Assembly: GCA_036172245.1 (NCBI GenBank)
Contig: JAYWIR010000034.1
Span: 2,170,001-2,234,000 of the forward strand
DNA from: Raillietiella orientalis
Taxonomy: Eukaryota
Direction of reading: 5' to 3'
Length of the DNA stretch: 64,000 nt
The notes under the pieces: model-generated
The model's database searches: none
What the model was told of the DNA's origin: nothing
Seen by the model: the letters and a program-made list of their open reading frames with translations, nothing else
Made by a program: the position numbers and the translations under genes
Shown: piece after piece, positions 24,501-38,200 of the stretch
How positions within the stretch are numbered: position 1 is the stretch's first letter
Layout: the number at the start of each line of letters is the position of its first letter

Positions 24501-27049
24501 CAAAGAATTCTGGAATTTGGTCGTGCGTCGGACGGAACTCTGTCGATCGCAGGAGCGCGGCCGTTCGAGACACCGTCCCCTAGTCCGATTGTTCAAATGG
24601 CTCGTGGGCGTGGCAAGCGGAAGACGCTCATGTTTGGGCCGGTAGGGCCGAATGACGGCGGGCAGGAACGCTCTGGCAAAAGAGGGCGTTCTTGCGCGCG
24701 CGCACGCGTCCGGCGGGCAAGACCATTCCGCAGCTCCCACTTCCCTCCCCCTATGAACACAACAGCCATTCGACGACCGCAGACCCCCACTCCTCTAGGA
24801 GCGATGCAGCGCGGGAGCAACCGGAATTCCTGAGGCCCTCCGCAAATGATCACGAGATCGATCCTTACGTTCCCACTGCTGTCTGGTGAAGGAGGCGGTT
24901 ACGCCACGGGCCGTCGCTGCCGCGTTCCCGAAGACCACGCCGCATGTCACCACTTTTCAGCAAACTGGTTTCTCGGGGTGCGCACCCCACGATCCACGCT
25001 TGCTACTCTTCCGGGAGGGAGGCAGATCAGCAGAGACATCGTCGCCGCACCGAAGTCCAGCGATCATACGCTTCCCGATCTGATGTGGTCGGTGGAAAGC
25101 GGTGGCGCAAAACGAGTAGCGCTGGGCAAAGTGCCAGAGGGATTCTTATATGTCCGCGCCTGTCCAACCGGAAGCTGACTGAAAGCGTTCGTTTTTCTGG
25201 AGTTCCACGCTTTCCGCTGCGCTTTTCCTTGTTCGATAGGGATGAACGGACAGGATGAAGTGAACAGTGGAGTGCTTCATAATTTCCATGTAGCTGATCT
25301 CCTCTTGGATGGCTGTTGTCTCCACAGAACGGATTCATTTCTTCCACATGAGGATGCACTCCCATGCGAGTTCCCGAATCAGGAAGCCGGGATCCCGTAC
25401 CTCCTCGACGTAAGGTTGCCTTGGAATTCCTCCACCTCTCCGAGGTCCGGAGGAACTGCTTTTCCCTTCCTGCTTGTGGAATGCTGGAAGACCTTGCCGA
25501 GTCTCCCGCTCCGATGAGCCGCCTAGCGGGCAGAAAACGCAGGGCAGTAGGCGCAGGAATTCATCCAGCAGGGGGAGTGACCAATGACCACTCGACAGCG
25601 GGAAACAAAGGATGGCGACCTTGCTTGAGAGGCAGCAAAAAAAAAAAAAAAAAAGGAAATTCGAGTGTTCGAAATACGGAAAATTACAAAATCGATGGAA
25701 CTCCCTAAGAATCCAAGAATGGTGTGCGTGTGGGCAAAAGCCGCCACTTCCAGGTCTCAGCAATTATCTTATTGTTGCCGTTATTGGAAAAATGAGATCC
25801 AAGACTCTTCATCATGAACCTCATTTCGTCGGACGTAGCAGTTCCGTGATTCCTCGTTTCCTGTTCCTGTTCGTCCCTTGACAGCGCTGTCATGGCTGCC
25901 ACACCTTCGAACAGGAGCCCCGGCTCGAAGATCTCGGCTTGGTGATCCTTGGGGATCGCGGGCGTTTCCATTCGGATTCTCCGCTTTGGTACTCCTTCGG
26001 GTCGGTTGCGGTCCGCAGGAAACAGTGAATCCTTCCAGAGTTTCAGCTGTCGCAGGAGGCACACAGCAAGAGTTCCCCGTGGCATCTCTTGGTTTCTCTC
26101 GGTGCTTTGGAACAGGAAAGCACTAGGGAGACACCACCGCGCTCCTCTCTCCTTCGCTTCTCAACTACGTTTTTGGCAGTGAATGCTTGCTGAGCTTTCA
26201 GATTCTTTTTTTTTTTTTGTGCACCTCGGTTCACATCTTTGCTTCGCAAGAGCATCCTCAACAGATTCCCGTAAAATCTCCTGCTTTCGTTCCTCTCTGG
26301 GAATCACCCGAATTCCATCTCGGGAACGTATAGCTCCATGTGCGCGGATTCGAAATCGCAGATAACAAGGAGCCAGCAACAGTTCTTTGCCGTGATTCCC
26401 TGAGGGAATGACGCATCCCGCGCTGATTGCGCCTCCAGGTTGAAGAAGGGCACCTGGGCGCACTCGCAAGAAACCAGAGGAAGAGATGTTTGGAGGGGTG
26501 CGTCCAGTAAAAAATAAGGGCAAGCCAGCAGCTTTTAATGGAAAAATACCAGAAACAAGACAGCAGGCATTACGTATGGATGGCGTTTCCGGTTTCCACG
26601 TCTACGTGTCTTCGCGCCGAGGTCAGCGGAAAGCGGATTTGTATTCCGGAGGAGGTTGGACGGCAGCACGGACGCATTAATAATCCAAGCCGAAAGACAA
26701 TCTGGCCGACGGAAGGATGTAACGGCGCTGCGATCAAGTCGGCTGTTTCAGAACGCCGTCGCTGGCCATGTCCGTCAGCCACGACAAATGCACCTGGACG
26801 CCGAAATCAAGGTGCATCTGTCGTGATGGTGGGAACAAATCCGGGTGGACTTAAAGACGTACTTAGGAGGGGGTCAATCTGACCAACTTTCGCGCCGACT
26901 GCTCCAAATTTTTATTCCGAATCCGATTCGTAAGACCAAATTCTCATTCTGGCCGACATTTTTTAAAATCCGCATCGCTCAGCGAATGAGCGTTGAACTC
27001 CAAGACCAGCTGGTTGTTTGCTCCTCACTGCATCTGCAGCGTTCAGCTA

Positions 27050-29450
27050 TTCGGAGAGCAGAGCGCTCTGCAGAGTTTCCTCTGCTCTTCGGTGGCCTCG
27101 GCATCACTGGAGGAGCATGCGATGCTAGCCGTGTTGTGCCTTGTGGTCACGCGATGACCCGAAGTGCAGGTATACGCTTCAGAAGTGATGGAGGTTGAGG
27201 GATCTTCAAAAAATTTTTGGAAGCCACGGGTCTCTTGGATTCTCTTGGCCGTGATTTCTGCCTCGAACACGACATCCTCCGTCTGCTTGTCTGGTAGTGA
27301 AGGATGATCTGTTGACCATCCTCCACTACCATCTCGCACTGGAATCAGCCTACCAATGGTCGAAATATTATTATCTTCTTTCTTTTCAGGCAGAGTACAA
27401 CTCAACATCTTTCTTAAGCGCACTCATCGCCTCAGCCTGTTCCTTGAAACCACGGCAGCGTTTGCTAAGCTGGTTCAGCAGAAGGCAACAAAAGTTGATG
27501 CATCGCTCTCTACAGGCGGAGCAGTGTCTTAACGATTCGTGTTCAACGACCACACAACCAAACAGCAGGAACGTCTTTCCTTAATGGCGTACTTCCACTG
27601 TTGTTTCTTTCTTTCATGAAAGCGTGGATGCTGCCATCACAAACTGGGACCAAGTATCAAAGAATTGTCCCACAAGGTTTTTGTCACAGCTTGCTCCTCC
27701 TAAGCACAAAGCTTTTGCCATGGCTGGATGGACATGCACAGCTGAAGAGATCTTCAACGCTTGCTTGCATATTTCAGGGTTCGTGAAGCTCCATACTCGA
27801 GCACTGTTTTGCTGTGGCAAAGGACTCGAAAAAGCTTCCCAAATTTCTAGAATATTCCGGTATCACCTTTCAAGCTCCTTGCTTTCCAGTCCTCTCTGTC
27901 CGAATAAAATTCTACAAAAAAGGGGGAAAAAAAGAAGGGAGTACTAGAAGGCTTCTAGAAATCCAAATTATGAAAACCTGAGTCGACAAACATTAAGATT
28001 CCGAATGAAATTCCTTCTTTCACGAGACCAGTTTCTGGGCGAAGAATGGAACAGAGACTCTACTCACAAAGAATAGAGTAAACACGAGAGGGATAAACAG
28101 AAGGCTGCTTCGTCGAGAAACAGCGCTTGTGAGTAACGTGTGTGATAGTTCTCACAAAAGATCTCGATGCGTTCGAGAGATTTCTGGCCTAATTGAGGAA
28201 AGGTTGGACCTCTCTTCATGATGAGACTACTGCAATGCACTCAGCTGTTAGCTGCTTTCGAACTCTTGTGAATTTTTCTTCGCTTAGCACATTTGAATCC
28301 CAAGTGCTCTCCTCGCTGAATGGCGATGAGCTTTATTGCAGTGAATGCTGAGCCCTCTTCCACTCTCCTTTTTAGCACAGAAACTGAGTGTAGCATCTGT
28401 GTAGCGTGGTATCAAACTGTAGCAGCTGTTCCTATCAGCATAGAAATTGAAAGTCTAGCATCATGGGCAGCGAAATCCACCTGCATTGATTAGCAGGATG
28501 TTCCCAGTTCTGTCCAAATCATCTTTATTTGTCTTCGTTTTCCTTCATGACTTTCAGTGCACATGAAATGTGTCCTCAAAAATGTGTTTATCTTCGACAC
28601 TAAGTAAAGTGCAGCGTGGACCGCACGGTGGAAATTCGAGGGCGAGCAGCACAGAATACGCCTGCTTGTAAGAGGACAGCATCGATCCCGGGTCGAACTT
28701 CGTCGAATTCACGTTTTAATCGGTGACTTCGAGTGATTTGCAGCCATCCTGTCTCTTAAGCTGTTCACTGCTCTATTGCTATTCCAATATTCTCTATCAG
28801 CAGAGCATCCCTTCCGATTCTTCTTAGTCGTGTCTGAGTCCTGATTCAAGGCAGTGGAATCTGTGCTATTCTACACTTCCTTCAGCCTCGTCTCCGAGGC
28901 GACGTCGCAGCTCCATCTGGACTTCGAGTTCCGAAGAAAAATGCATTCATGTCGACATTTAAGGTAATTATAAGCAGGAGGAATTTGGGCTTGAGAATGG
29001 TAAGTCGCACGATGGCAGCTGGTCCAAGTGATCATTGTTTTGTGATCTCAGACGTGAGGATGTGAAGCGACAATTTTTCGCCCTTGAGTTCCGAAATCGC
29101 TTTCCCGTCTTGTTAGATTCATTCCTTTCAGAAACTGGTTAATGAGAATGGTCTTTCATGTGGAAAACAGTTCTCCCCGGAAACGAGGACTTTGACCTGA
29201 CCACAGTGAGCCCGCAAATGTAAACTGCGAGTACACCTGCTGCAACCCAGCAGTATGGAAAGCATAGTAAGTGCACATGTGTCTTCCAGAGCTCGAATTT
29301 CTTGAAAAGCAAAGTACGTTAGTGTCCTTGTGGTGCTTGCATGTACTAGAGCAGAAGAGTGTACGTTTTGGAGGTATTGTTGAGCGAAGAATCATAGCCA
29401 ATACCGGTATTTATTTGTGTATGTAGTCGCATATCTTCTTCGAGCTGGCT
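27050..29450 (-). mobile_element. Decayed RTE-like LINE (RT through C-terminus)
   Basis: In order: LTMLSI (ITLLS), QVDFAAHD (LDFADD), GLSIHCNK (GL-x-IN-x-x-K), FPQLGQ (FKYLG), WKARSL, VLEYGA (VLLYG-x-E), EAEITAKRIQET (G-x-x-x-GKR-x-x-GRP). Confidence 0.6.
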
Positions 29451-29749
29451 TTCAAGTTCCATGCTGAGGGCTAGAGGAATAGGTACCAACTCTTCAAGAG
29501 CAGGCTTCTTCGGCGACTGCCTCACCACAGTTGTGAGGCAGCGGCTGCTCCCTGCAATCACGATGGTCAAATGCTTCGCAGCTGAAGCGATGGGAAGTGC
29601 AGTTCCTTCTGCCGAATCGAGTGGGCTCTGTCCTTTCGTGAGTCGCGGCTGTACGGCGCCCGGAGACGCGCTCTGGAAAACGCGCGCACAGCCGAGAAAC
29701 ACGTGGTCGCGCGCGCGAGCCGTCCAGAGTCCATCAGGTCGCTTGCTCG

Positions 29750-31250
29750 GGATGCCGTCCTCGCCTTGACGCGGTGATGATTTCGGCGCCAATTTCTTCA
29801 GGCTCCCGGATTCCAAAGAACCCTGAAGTTGTCTCCATTTGGAAACCAGGAATAATAGAGATTCGGAGATATCGAGTTTGGTGCGTGAGCGCGCTCGCTA
29901 CGGTTTCCATGGTTGGGGAACCGGCGGATGTGATTGGGATCGATATGATTTTCCAGATAAATAATTTCTTTGAAAATTGCGATATCGGAAGAGTCGGGGC
30001 GAAGAGAAGTGGACTAACGAAAAGAATCAACCTTATCAGTAGATGTAATCGGCACGGTTTTCCTACAGACCTGGCACATTAAGCGTGCATAAATTTATGG
30101 TTCATGCGCTTGTGACTGATGATGCAAGCATGCACCAGCGAGTGTGCAACAATCCGGGATACGGTAGCCGCTCCTGCCCACAACAACCCAGGAACGAAAG
30201 AAACAAAGGAAGTAGAAAATGTATCCCCGCCGCTTTCCTTAATTGAAAATCGGCAACAACAAAGTCCAGAGCCCGTAGCGCTCGTAGCCACACCACAAGG
30301 CGCCTGGGCCTTGAGGCCGTCGGCAAGCACCTCTTCGGGCTTTTACCGGGCTCCGTCGATAGTGAGGGGAACGGAAGTTTTTCCGCAACGAATCTCCGTG
30401 GAGATTAATGCACAGCCATTAGTCATCATGAGGCAGCACGTCACGGAATGGGTCAGATTGCTACTTAAGCAAATCTCAGGAAAACTCACTGTGGAAGATC
30501 CATCATTTATGCTCGTGTTGGGTGATTTGGCATCCCGCAAAGGAGGGGAAGCACGGGATCCGAACCGCTCGCACCAGACCCTGGTTTCCGAAACGCCTGC
30601 AGCACGGTTGATCCGGGAAGCAGAAAGTCGTGATTGGTTGACTTTCTTCGAGCGCCTCTTGAGCTGAGGTGCTGAAACTGATCTGCAAACCTCTCTGAGA
30701 TCAACGGCTTGCAACGGATACGCGGGACACTCCAAAGGGTAACCTTACTCTACTTCTAGTAGAAGCCTTGACACGGACTTCTGCGGACTCTTAGAGGGTT
30801 GCCAGACGAGCTTTACGAGTCGCGTACGACAGCTTCATCGCTGATGTGCTGCGTTATTAACGGAGCGGAAATTCGATTTTTGCATGCCAAACACAAAAAA
30901 GAAGGAACCCAAAAAGCCTAGCGAGCAGTGCATGAGCCAGAGATTTTCCCTCGCGATAAATATCGGAAGTGGGCACAATTACGGGCACCTTCATCAAGGA
31001 GAAAAGCCTTGATAATTTCGATCGAAAAGTGCAAACTAACCAATCCATTCCATATCTTCCGCGCTTCTGCGGAGCCGGTCGACGACTCCGTCAATTCCCA
31101 CCCTGCAGAGCTCTGCGGGTAAATTCACTCTCCACCAGCCGTTCTTCTACTTTTGGAAGGGATTGGAGAGAAAGCAAGAATGAAAATTTGGTTAGAGTTG
31201 ACCACCCCTAACGAGATGCTTCAGAAAACACTGCAAATGAGGCTTTCCTC
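29750..31250 (-). mobile_element. Decayed CR1/L2/Jockey-group LINE RT
   Basis: In order: KVEERLV (KVFERLV), SLAHALLARL (V-x-H-x-x-LL-x-KL), SPQKSVSRLLL (GVPQGSVLGPLL), LQAVDL (LYADDL), RRLVVWL (KYLGVWL). Confidence 0.6.
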
Positions 31251-32093
31251 GAAGCGCGTCCGTCCGGAAGCGTTTCTTCGATAGTAAGTGGCCGAGTCCT
31301 CGTGCGCCATCAAGGGACGGAGAAGATTCGAGGAACGAGGAAAAGGGTTGGCCACGGACAGCAAATGGTGCTCCAGCATCCTCTGGAGCGTTAGAAAGGC
31401 GATGCAGCCTATCATTACCACAGATGATGCATGGTTTTGGCGCTTTGTCCGTTCCTGAAGGAAGGCCTGTTCTTAGAAGTGAACCCAGACAGCGTGCAGT
31501 CAGCACACGGAATGCAGATCGAGACGCAAGAGCTGCATCGGCATCCATTGAGAGTCCGACGCGAATGAGGAAGAAGCTCAAGCAGCTCACGAGAGCTACA
31601 ATTCATTGGTTGGCTCCAGACTTTACAAGAACAATGAATTTCGGTTGTCAAATGTTCTCGAAACTTCAGTGGTCCACGATAACAAGGATTCTTGTCCTGC
31701 TCTGACTCGGAGAGGAACAGGGCCCTCGCGAATTTCCCTCGGAACTCGCCGAAGGCATCGTTTCTTCTGATAGATGCACATAGGCACTGCTCGCAGCGAA
31801 GGGGTGATGGTTTCCTTAAGATTTTTCAAGGAACAGAAACGTTTGCGCAGAAGGAGTGGCTCCAATTCTTCCGGCGCGATTCGGGAAGGGTGACCGCGCC
31901 ACCGACGCGCCACGGAAGTGTGGCGCGTCGGTGGAATACGGCGCCACTTTATGTGGGTTCGGTTCGTTTGCGGATCTCACGGGCTTTCCTCGCCAATCCA
32001 AAACCATCCAACCTCGGATCTTGCAGCCGTGCTCTGGAGAGCTCTCCAGGCGACTCGGCACACCCCTTCCTCCATTTTTCCTAGCCACCTCAC

Positions 32094-32295
32094 CTTCGCG
32101 AGGAACGTAGAAGATGAATTCCGCCTCGTCGTTCCAGCCGTACGTGTTTCCCGCTTTCAGGCTGGCTTGGTATTTGATCCCCGGGTCCAGGTTTTTGATT
32201 GTGTAGGATTCCTCATGCCAGTTCTTTGATGCTGATAATCCGTCGGAAGGGAAATTTTCGATCTTCCACTCGCTGTTGAGCAGGGAGCTCTCGTT
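32094..32295 (-). CDS. Coding exon 9, C-half of fibronectin type III domain
   Basis: Acceptor CTCTCTTTCCAG|, donor G|GTGAGG, 202 nt, phase 0-1. NESSLLNSEWK...YTIKNLDPGIKYQASLKAGNTYGW contains the FN3 L-x-P-x-x-x-Y...A-x-N-x-x-G motif. Confidence 0.9.
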
Positions 32296-32949
32296 CTGGA
32301 AAGAGAGACACCATCGGATCAATCGCATAGGAGAGTTTGAAGGACATCAGTCAGCTTCCACGCATTCCAAGGCGGCGGCGGGGATCAGTTCGATCGGTCC
32401 AGCACGAATCTACTGAGGCCTCCCACCTCGATGGGGTGTTTCATCTCGGAAAGAGTTTTCGTCAAGATTCGCCGACGGATGCGGACCGCTGCCGAAGCTT
32501 CTAGCGACAAGTTCGCTTGCTGCGCAAGCGCCGAGCATACTCCTCACTGGGTAGCCGTGGCCTGAGCGAACCGGCTCACGGATTAATAAAGGGAAAGGGA
32601 GATCGACTTGGACAATGGGATTAGCCGCTCCTGCTCACCCCATTCTGTTCTTCCTCCCGCGAGAGGGGAGGAAGTCGGGCGGAATTTTGAAAACCCGCCT
32701 CAGCTCTCTACATCGGCTGCATTAGGCGGGGCAGGGGAAGAGGGCTACCCGGAGAGGTGGCGGCTCTCATCCGAGGTCGGACTTCCAGGCGAGATCTTTC
32801 GCATCAGCTCAGGTGACCCAGGGGACGAACCGGCCGCCCCAAACTTCGAGCGCCTGCTGGAGCGGGGACGCATGAACGCTCAAACTGGGAGGAAGGCCGG
32901 CAGCGTTCGCTCATCCCGGGCCATTTTGCTGGGGTCATCTCTGGCATCT

Positions 32950-34600
32950 TCCGTTCCCTTCTGTCCTCTCTCCTGGTTACTAACGAGATGAAGAAAGGTA
33001 GCGGACCAGGAGGCTGGATGCCGTGTCCGACCGCCCGAGAAACAACGACGTTCCGGTCAATGGGCAAGGACTATTTGAAAGTTCAAGGGGAGCAGGAACT
33101 TTGGATGCAGGCAAAACTGAGTGGAAGGAGACCGGGATGCGAGGTAGGACACGGCGGTCAAACGAGGCGGCTTCTGGAGTGGAAGCAGCGGCACAAGAAC
33201 GGATGCTGAACAACGGGGGCTACAAGCAAGTTTCAGCAGATGACGAGACTTCCCGGAGGGCGACCCGCAGCCGAATGCAAGAGGGAGTCCGCATATCTCC
33301 TCAAACTCCTTCCGTTTGACTCACGATTTTCCGGGATGCTCATGTGGTTCAGTTTTTGCTCCGCTGCGTGGATGCCGCTTCTTCCTTCCGATAGCATCCA
33401 GAAGGTGGCGCTTCGACGGGGAAGAAGGAAGATCGCAAGCGTTTCCAGCAGCAGAATCCTTACATGTAGCAACTGTCTCGACTCAGCACCAGCGGCATCA
33501 CGGCCGAGCAGAGGGACAGAAGGAAAGACGCCTATCCCGCGACCATTGCCGGATACTCTCGACGGGGAAGGACGGGGCACTTCCGGCAGAAAGCCGCGTG
33601 TTCGTTGAGTGGAGGGGAAGGAGGGGAGAGCGGTTTTCGCCAGCATTCTTCCAGGAGAAGAGCGGAGCGAGAAAGAACAAGTGGCTCCCTAGGGAGTCAA
33701 TTCAGGCGGCTGATGGTCGGGAGGGAAAGACGAAACTTCCGCCAGTATCTTCAGGCCTTCCAGCAGGAAGAGAGCCTCCTCTCCTCTTCTGGTAGCAACG
33801 GTCAGGAAAAGTTCTTGACCAAGCAGAGAGAGCTCGTCGCTAAGGCAGAAAAGGGAGAAGAAGCTCCACGCTACCCATTCAGACCTCTTGCTTCGATTCG
33901 GTGCTTGCGTCAGCGCAACACGGGGGCGAAACGAAGAGAGCGGTCGCGATGACTACCGTCCTGAGAGCAGCAGCAATGAACAGTGCGGCACTTTGGGCTC
34001 GGCGTGCATCACAGAAAGCCGCAGATTCAGCTCGGGAGGAATGGGAACGAAGCATTCTCCTCTTGGGTGAGCCATACGCGAAATGTTCCGAGGAACATGA
34101 GGACTTCCCATTCCTCTCTGACACTCTTGCATTCGACCCCTCCCCTCCCCTTCCCCTCCAGAATGGGCTGTTTCTTGTATCCTTATTGTGCACCAGTAGC
34201 ATTCCTCGATGCACCTAGTAGAAGTCCAATGTTAGGTTTGCAGGGTTTCCGCTGAAACCTGGCCTGTGATCAAGTACCAGCTAAGCTCTTCCGAGTTGTG
34301 CTCTAGTGGTGAAGCCTAGACGGATGGTTCTTCGAAAAGCCTCAGCTATTCCATCTCTATAGATGTCGCTTGCTAGAAAATCTATGGGAACGTCAGATCC
34401 AAGAGTCTGGGAGTTGGTCAGGAGACCACCCTTTCCCCCCTATCGACTAGCTCTCATTCCTCATGCGCGGATAGCACAAATGTGCAAGGACACGGGAGAC
34501 GCTCAGCCCAAACAGTCAGGTGCCCATCTGACGTCCACATGTCTTAATTAAGATCCACCAGCAGCAGTGGTTCAGTCAGCAATCAAAACGCGCCAAAGGT
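32950..34600 (+). mobile_element. Decayed 5' part of a Jockey/I-like LINE (ORF1 knuckle and endonuclease start), in intron 8
   Basis: TCSNCLDSAPAASRP (C-x-NC-x-G-x-H-x-A-like) followed by IRCLRQRNTG (QWN-x-x-G), ACITES (CI-x-ET) and YPYCAP (Y-x-PP). Confidence 0.4.
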
Positions 34601-35025
34601 ACGTTCTACAAGTAACGGGTAAGCTGTGAGTTAAGATCTTCGGCGATTTGATTACGTGCTTGTAGAAGTCGTTGAGGAAGCAGATGCATTGGGAAGCCAT
34701 TGGGAACGTCAGTCTTGGAGCGAGTGCCCTGCGCGGAGAGAGACCACGAATCCATCGTGCAACCTTCCTCGAACTGAAGGACAAATGGTCGGTGGGAGCA
34801 GCTTCGAACTGACTGCAGCCGGTTTCTAACTCGAGTTCCCACCGGACTGTTTGCTCTAAGCGTCGCATCACGTGCCTGTGCGAAACGCCTTCCTCGAAAG
34901 CGCCCCGGTTGGTGACAAGCACGAGTGTGAGTTGACTCGCTTTGTGCGTGTGCGTGTTTGTGAGGTGGCCAGAGAACAGTGCGGTCTTCCTTTTCCTGAA
35001 ACGAGCTGCAAAATATTCCAAGTAC

Positions 35026-35150
35026 CTCCAGTTTCCTGTATCTCAGTTCGTAGTGGTGAACCGGGTTGGGGCTGTAGATTTTCCATGCCACACTATAAGA
35101 TCCTGGAAATTCCTGGTTACTCGAAAGGAGCCTTATGTTTCCTGGAATTC
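35026..35150 (-). CDS. Coding exon 8, N-half of fibronectin type III domain
   Basis: Acceptor TGTGTTCTAG|, donor GAG|GTACTT, 125 nt, phase 1-0. GIPGNIRLLSSNQEFPGSYSVAWKIYSPNPVHHYELRYRKLE fits the FN3 G-x-P...W...Y-x-L-x-Y pattern. Confidence 0.88.
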
Positions 35151-35279
35151 CTAGAACACATTTCAGATGCTTTAGAGAGCTTCTGTTAACGCCCAGTACA
35201 TCTTTGTTCTCGACTTTGAAATCCTCATTAAAAGAATTTTAATGCATGCACATTGATGACATTGAGCTGGAGTCACTCA

Positions 35280-38200
35280 GGGTCAAGGCAACATACTGTA
35301 TTGCAAGAGGTTGTTCTCATGAATTTTTAGGAGTTATAGTTGCTAGGAGTGTGCACCAGCGCTTCCCATCGGTAACCACCAATGGGAAGCGCTTGTGAAA
35401 TGGTGCAATGGGACAATGTGAACTCACTGCTTGCTTTCCTGACAAACAGAGAGAATGCATCATTTCGGGGAACGGCAAAGAGAAAAAATCCTTTTCGAAG
35501 GTGTGCTCTGCTTTGTGCGGAGTCTGGACAGAACTTGCCACGTGTTTCTGGTCTCCTTTCACGTTCTTCACAAGTCCCGTAATTCAGAGACGGGAGCACA
35601 AGGTACATTCAGCAAGCGGAGCGCTTCCTGTTGGAAAGTCCCCCGAAACTCCAGGACAGAACCATTCAGTGAGATTTGGAATCCATGCTCTCAAGAAAAA
35701 ACCTTCCTATGTGACGTCGCCTCTGCTGGATGAGTTTCACATTGGTACTTAATGATTGGACTACGGAGGGGTTCCATTCTTCACCATCTCTATCATTATT
35801 CTATGAAGTGGTAAGCTTTTGGTCAAGTACTTCTTAGGGATAATATCGCTTCCTGGTTATATCCTGAAGCTTTTCAGGATTCCCACTTGAGAGCCTGTGT
35901 CTCTTTTAGAAAAATTGCCCTTCCAGAACGAAAACTGAATTGGCTGACGAGGTGAATGGAGGAGCGATACCGACGAACAGCTAACGGCAATGCTGCCATC
36001 CAGCTACGACTCGGAAACCTGTAGAACTTCAGGCAGTGCCGGCTCCGTCCTCGCGGCGAGTTTCTTAAAAAATAAAAACAAAAAGAAGCGTTATGTGGAC
36101 AACTCTCGAGATGCATCATCCTCCTCGACAGGATCACGTAAGAATCCAGGCACGAAGCCGGTAGCAAGATTAACACCTCGTGAGAAAAAGTGTTTGCTTC
36201 GGGAAGCTCCTGTGCCCGTCACGAATCCAGGATGATCAATAGTGGCAGAGGAATGACTTCGCTGCGCAACGGTAGGCGACCCATTTTCTTCCCTCTGGGG
36301 CGGTAGATCCCTCAAGTCTTCTTCAAAGGCAAACAACGCACGAAACAGTTTCACCACGTATAGTGGCTTGCTGAGATGCTGCTTTTGGTTGCTTCATGTT
36401 CAACGAGCATGGAAGATAAGCAGTTGGAACACCAGCAAACCTTTGGAAACCCACATTTCAGTTTGGTGTTTCCAACAATTTGCGATCCGCAACGATTTTT
36501 CTCATCTCTAAAATCGAACCAAAAGATACGGAGGAATAGACCCGACCTTGGTGAATACCAAATGCTTGTGTGAAAGTGATTGTGAATGCCCCTGGATTCA
36601 TTTCCTGGGATCGGAAAGAATCCCGATGGGATGTTCCAAGTAGGTTTTAGGAATGCAATGAGCGCCCACCCATCCTCCCTTCCTCCCGCGATACAAGAAA
36701 TGGGGAACGCTGTCCCGAACTCTGCACTCTGCCCAGAAGCATCCAAGACCCCGAGCTGGTCGGCTCACCAGGAAGGCGTGGCAAGAGAGTGAGGTGAGAT
36801 GTGCGCCAATTCTCACGCATCGGGGAGACTGAAGCCGGCCCAGTTTTCAGACGGCGGTCGAGAGAGGGAATCTCGATAAACGGCCCAGTGGGCATTCCCG
36901 GGGGCGTCGGGGACGAAAGGAAGCGCGTTGCAAGCGCCTGGCACCAAACTCCATGGCTGAAGTTTCCCTTCCGGTTTTCGGAGTTGACAGAAGGAGGTCC
37001 ACTTCCGCCTCTTGCGGCGGGGTCCCCTAAGTTGTTCCCACGTGTAGCTCGAGTGTGCAAAATAAGTTTGTTCTCTCCCGACCTTCCAGGACCACTATGA
37101 AAACTTGATTTATGGCTTTATCATCCCTCATCCCGAAGTGGGACTTTCCTTGTTAAACTTTTGCCTCTCTTGCCATTTCCAAAACATTAACCTGAAGTGC
37201 AGCTCGAGTTACCAACAGGAAGGGATGATGCATCTCCAGAGTTCCAGGAGCGCAGAAGCTTCCCATTCCGCACCGAATTTCACCTTAACTTATGATTGGT
37301 TGCAAACTTTGCCAAAGTTCCTTCTGATCGCGTTGCTCTGGTTCTCCTGCTTTTGTATAAATCTTTCGGAGCAAACCTCTTGAGCATCTTAAGCACAGGA
37401 AATCTGCCCAATTAGTAACGATGCTGTCTGCTTTTGCGAGGCGCTCCTCGCGCCCCTCGTCACGTTTTTGCTTCCCGTGGACCATTCGAAACCGGGCGGA
37501 GGGCGTGCGCGCGGTGTTCGAATTCTGACACCTTCCAGGCGCCGGTCAAGTGACCTATCCCGATTTGATGCAACCGTTCCGGATGCCTATGTCGATCGCT
37601 TCTGGCACCTTGGTTCCGCTCATTTCCGGTTTCGCAAAAATCTGCGACGGTATCTTGTCAGAGAGCAGGTTGAGCTGCGCCCGAAACTACCGAATGCCCT
37701 CGAGTCCGTGGTTGCTGGAGGGCAGTCTTTCACTTCATCACCTTCCCCTCCTTCCCCTTCACGTAAAGTGTCTGCAATCCCTTGTGCCCTCTTCTTGGAT
37801 GAGGACTCTCCTTCACAAATTGCAGACGGAGTGTAGGCGAACGATCCTGCATCCCGGTTGCTGTGCTGCTAGGGTGACATCGTCCCTCTCTTGAAGAGCT
37901 GCCTCCAGAGCACAAGAATCCGTCCAGGAAGCTCGGAAGTGGGCGTGCTAGGTCAGAGTGAAGGCTCTGCTAATCTCCACTTTTCGCATGAAAGACTTTA
38001 GAAGAAGAGGTTATCCCTTGAAAGCAACACCTCCATCCCGGATTCCTTCATCGAGGAAGTTTGACCTCAGATCGAAGGAATCTTTTGTCTGCCAAAGAGG
38101 CGGAGAAAACGCCTCGCCCCGGAGAATATCGTCCCGGTCGATCGCGTTCTCCTCGTCCTCCTCCTTCCCCAACCGACCCACCTTGACCGTCCTTTCGTGG

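Noticed and set aside
30119..30667. 182-aa plus-strand ORF with protein-like composition
   Set aside because: It is the antisense of the CR1/L2/Jockey-like RT relic.
31103..31152. Candidate exon 10 (VEERLVESEF...) after a pyrimidine tract
   Set aside because: Matches the RT K-x-FERLV segment of the surrounding LINE, and the donor is weak.
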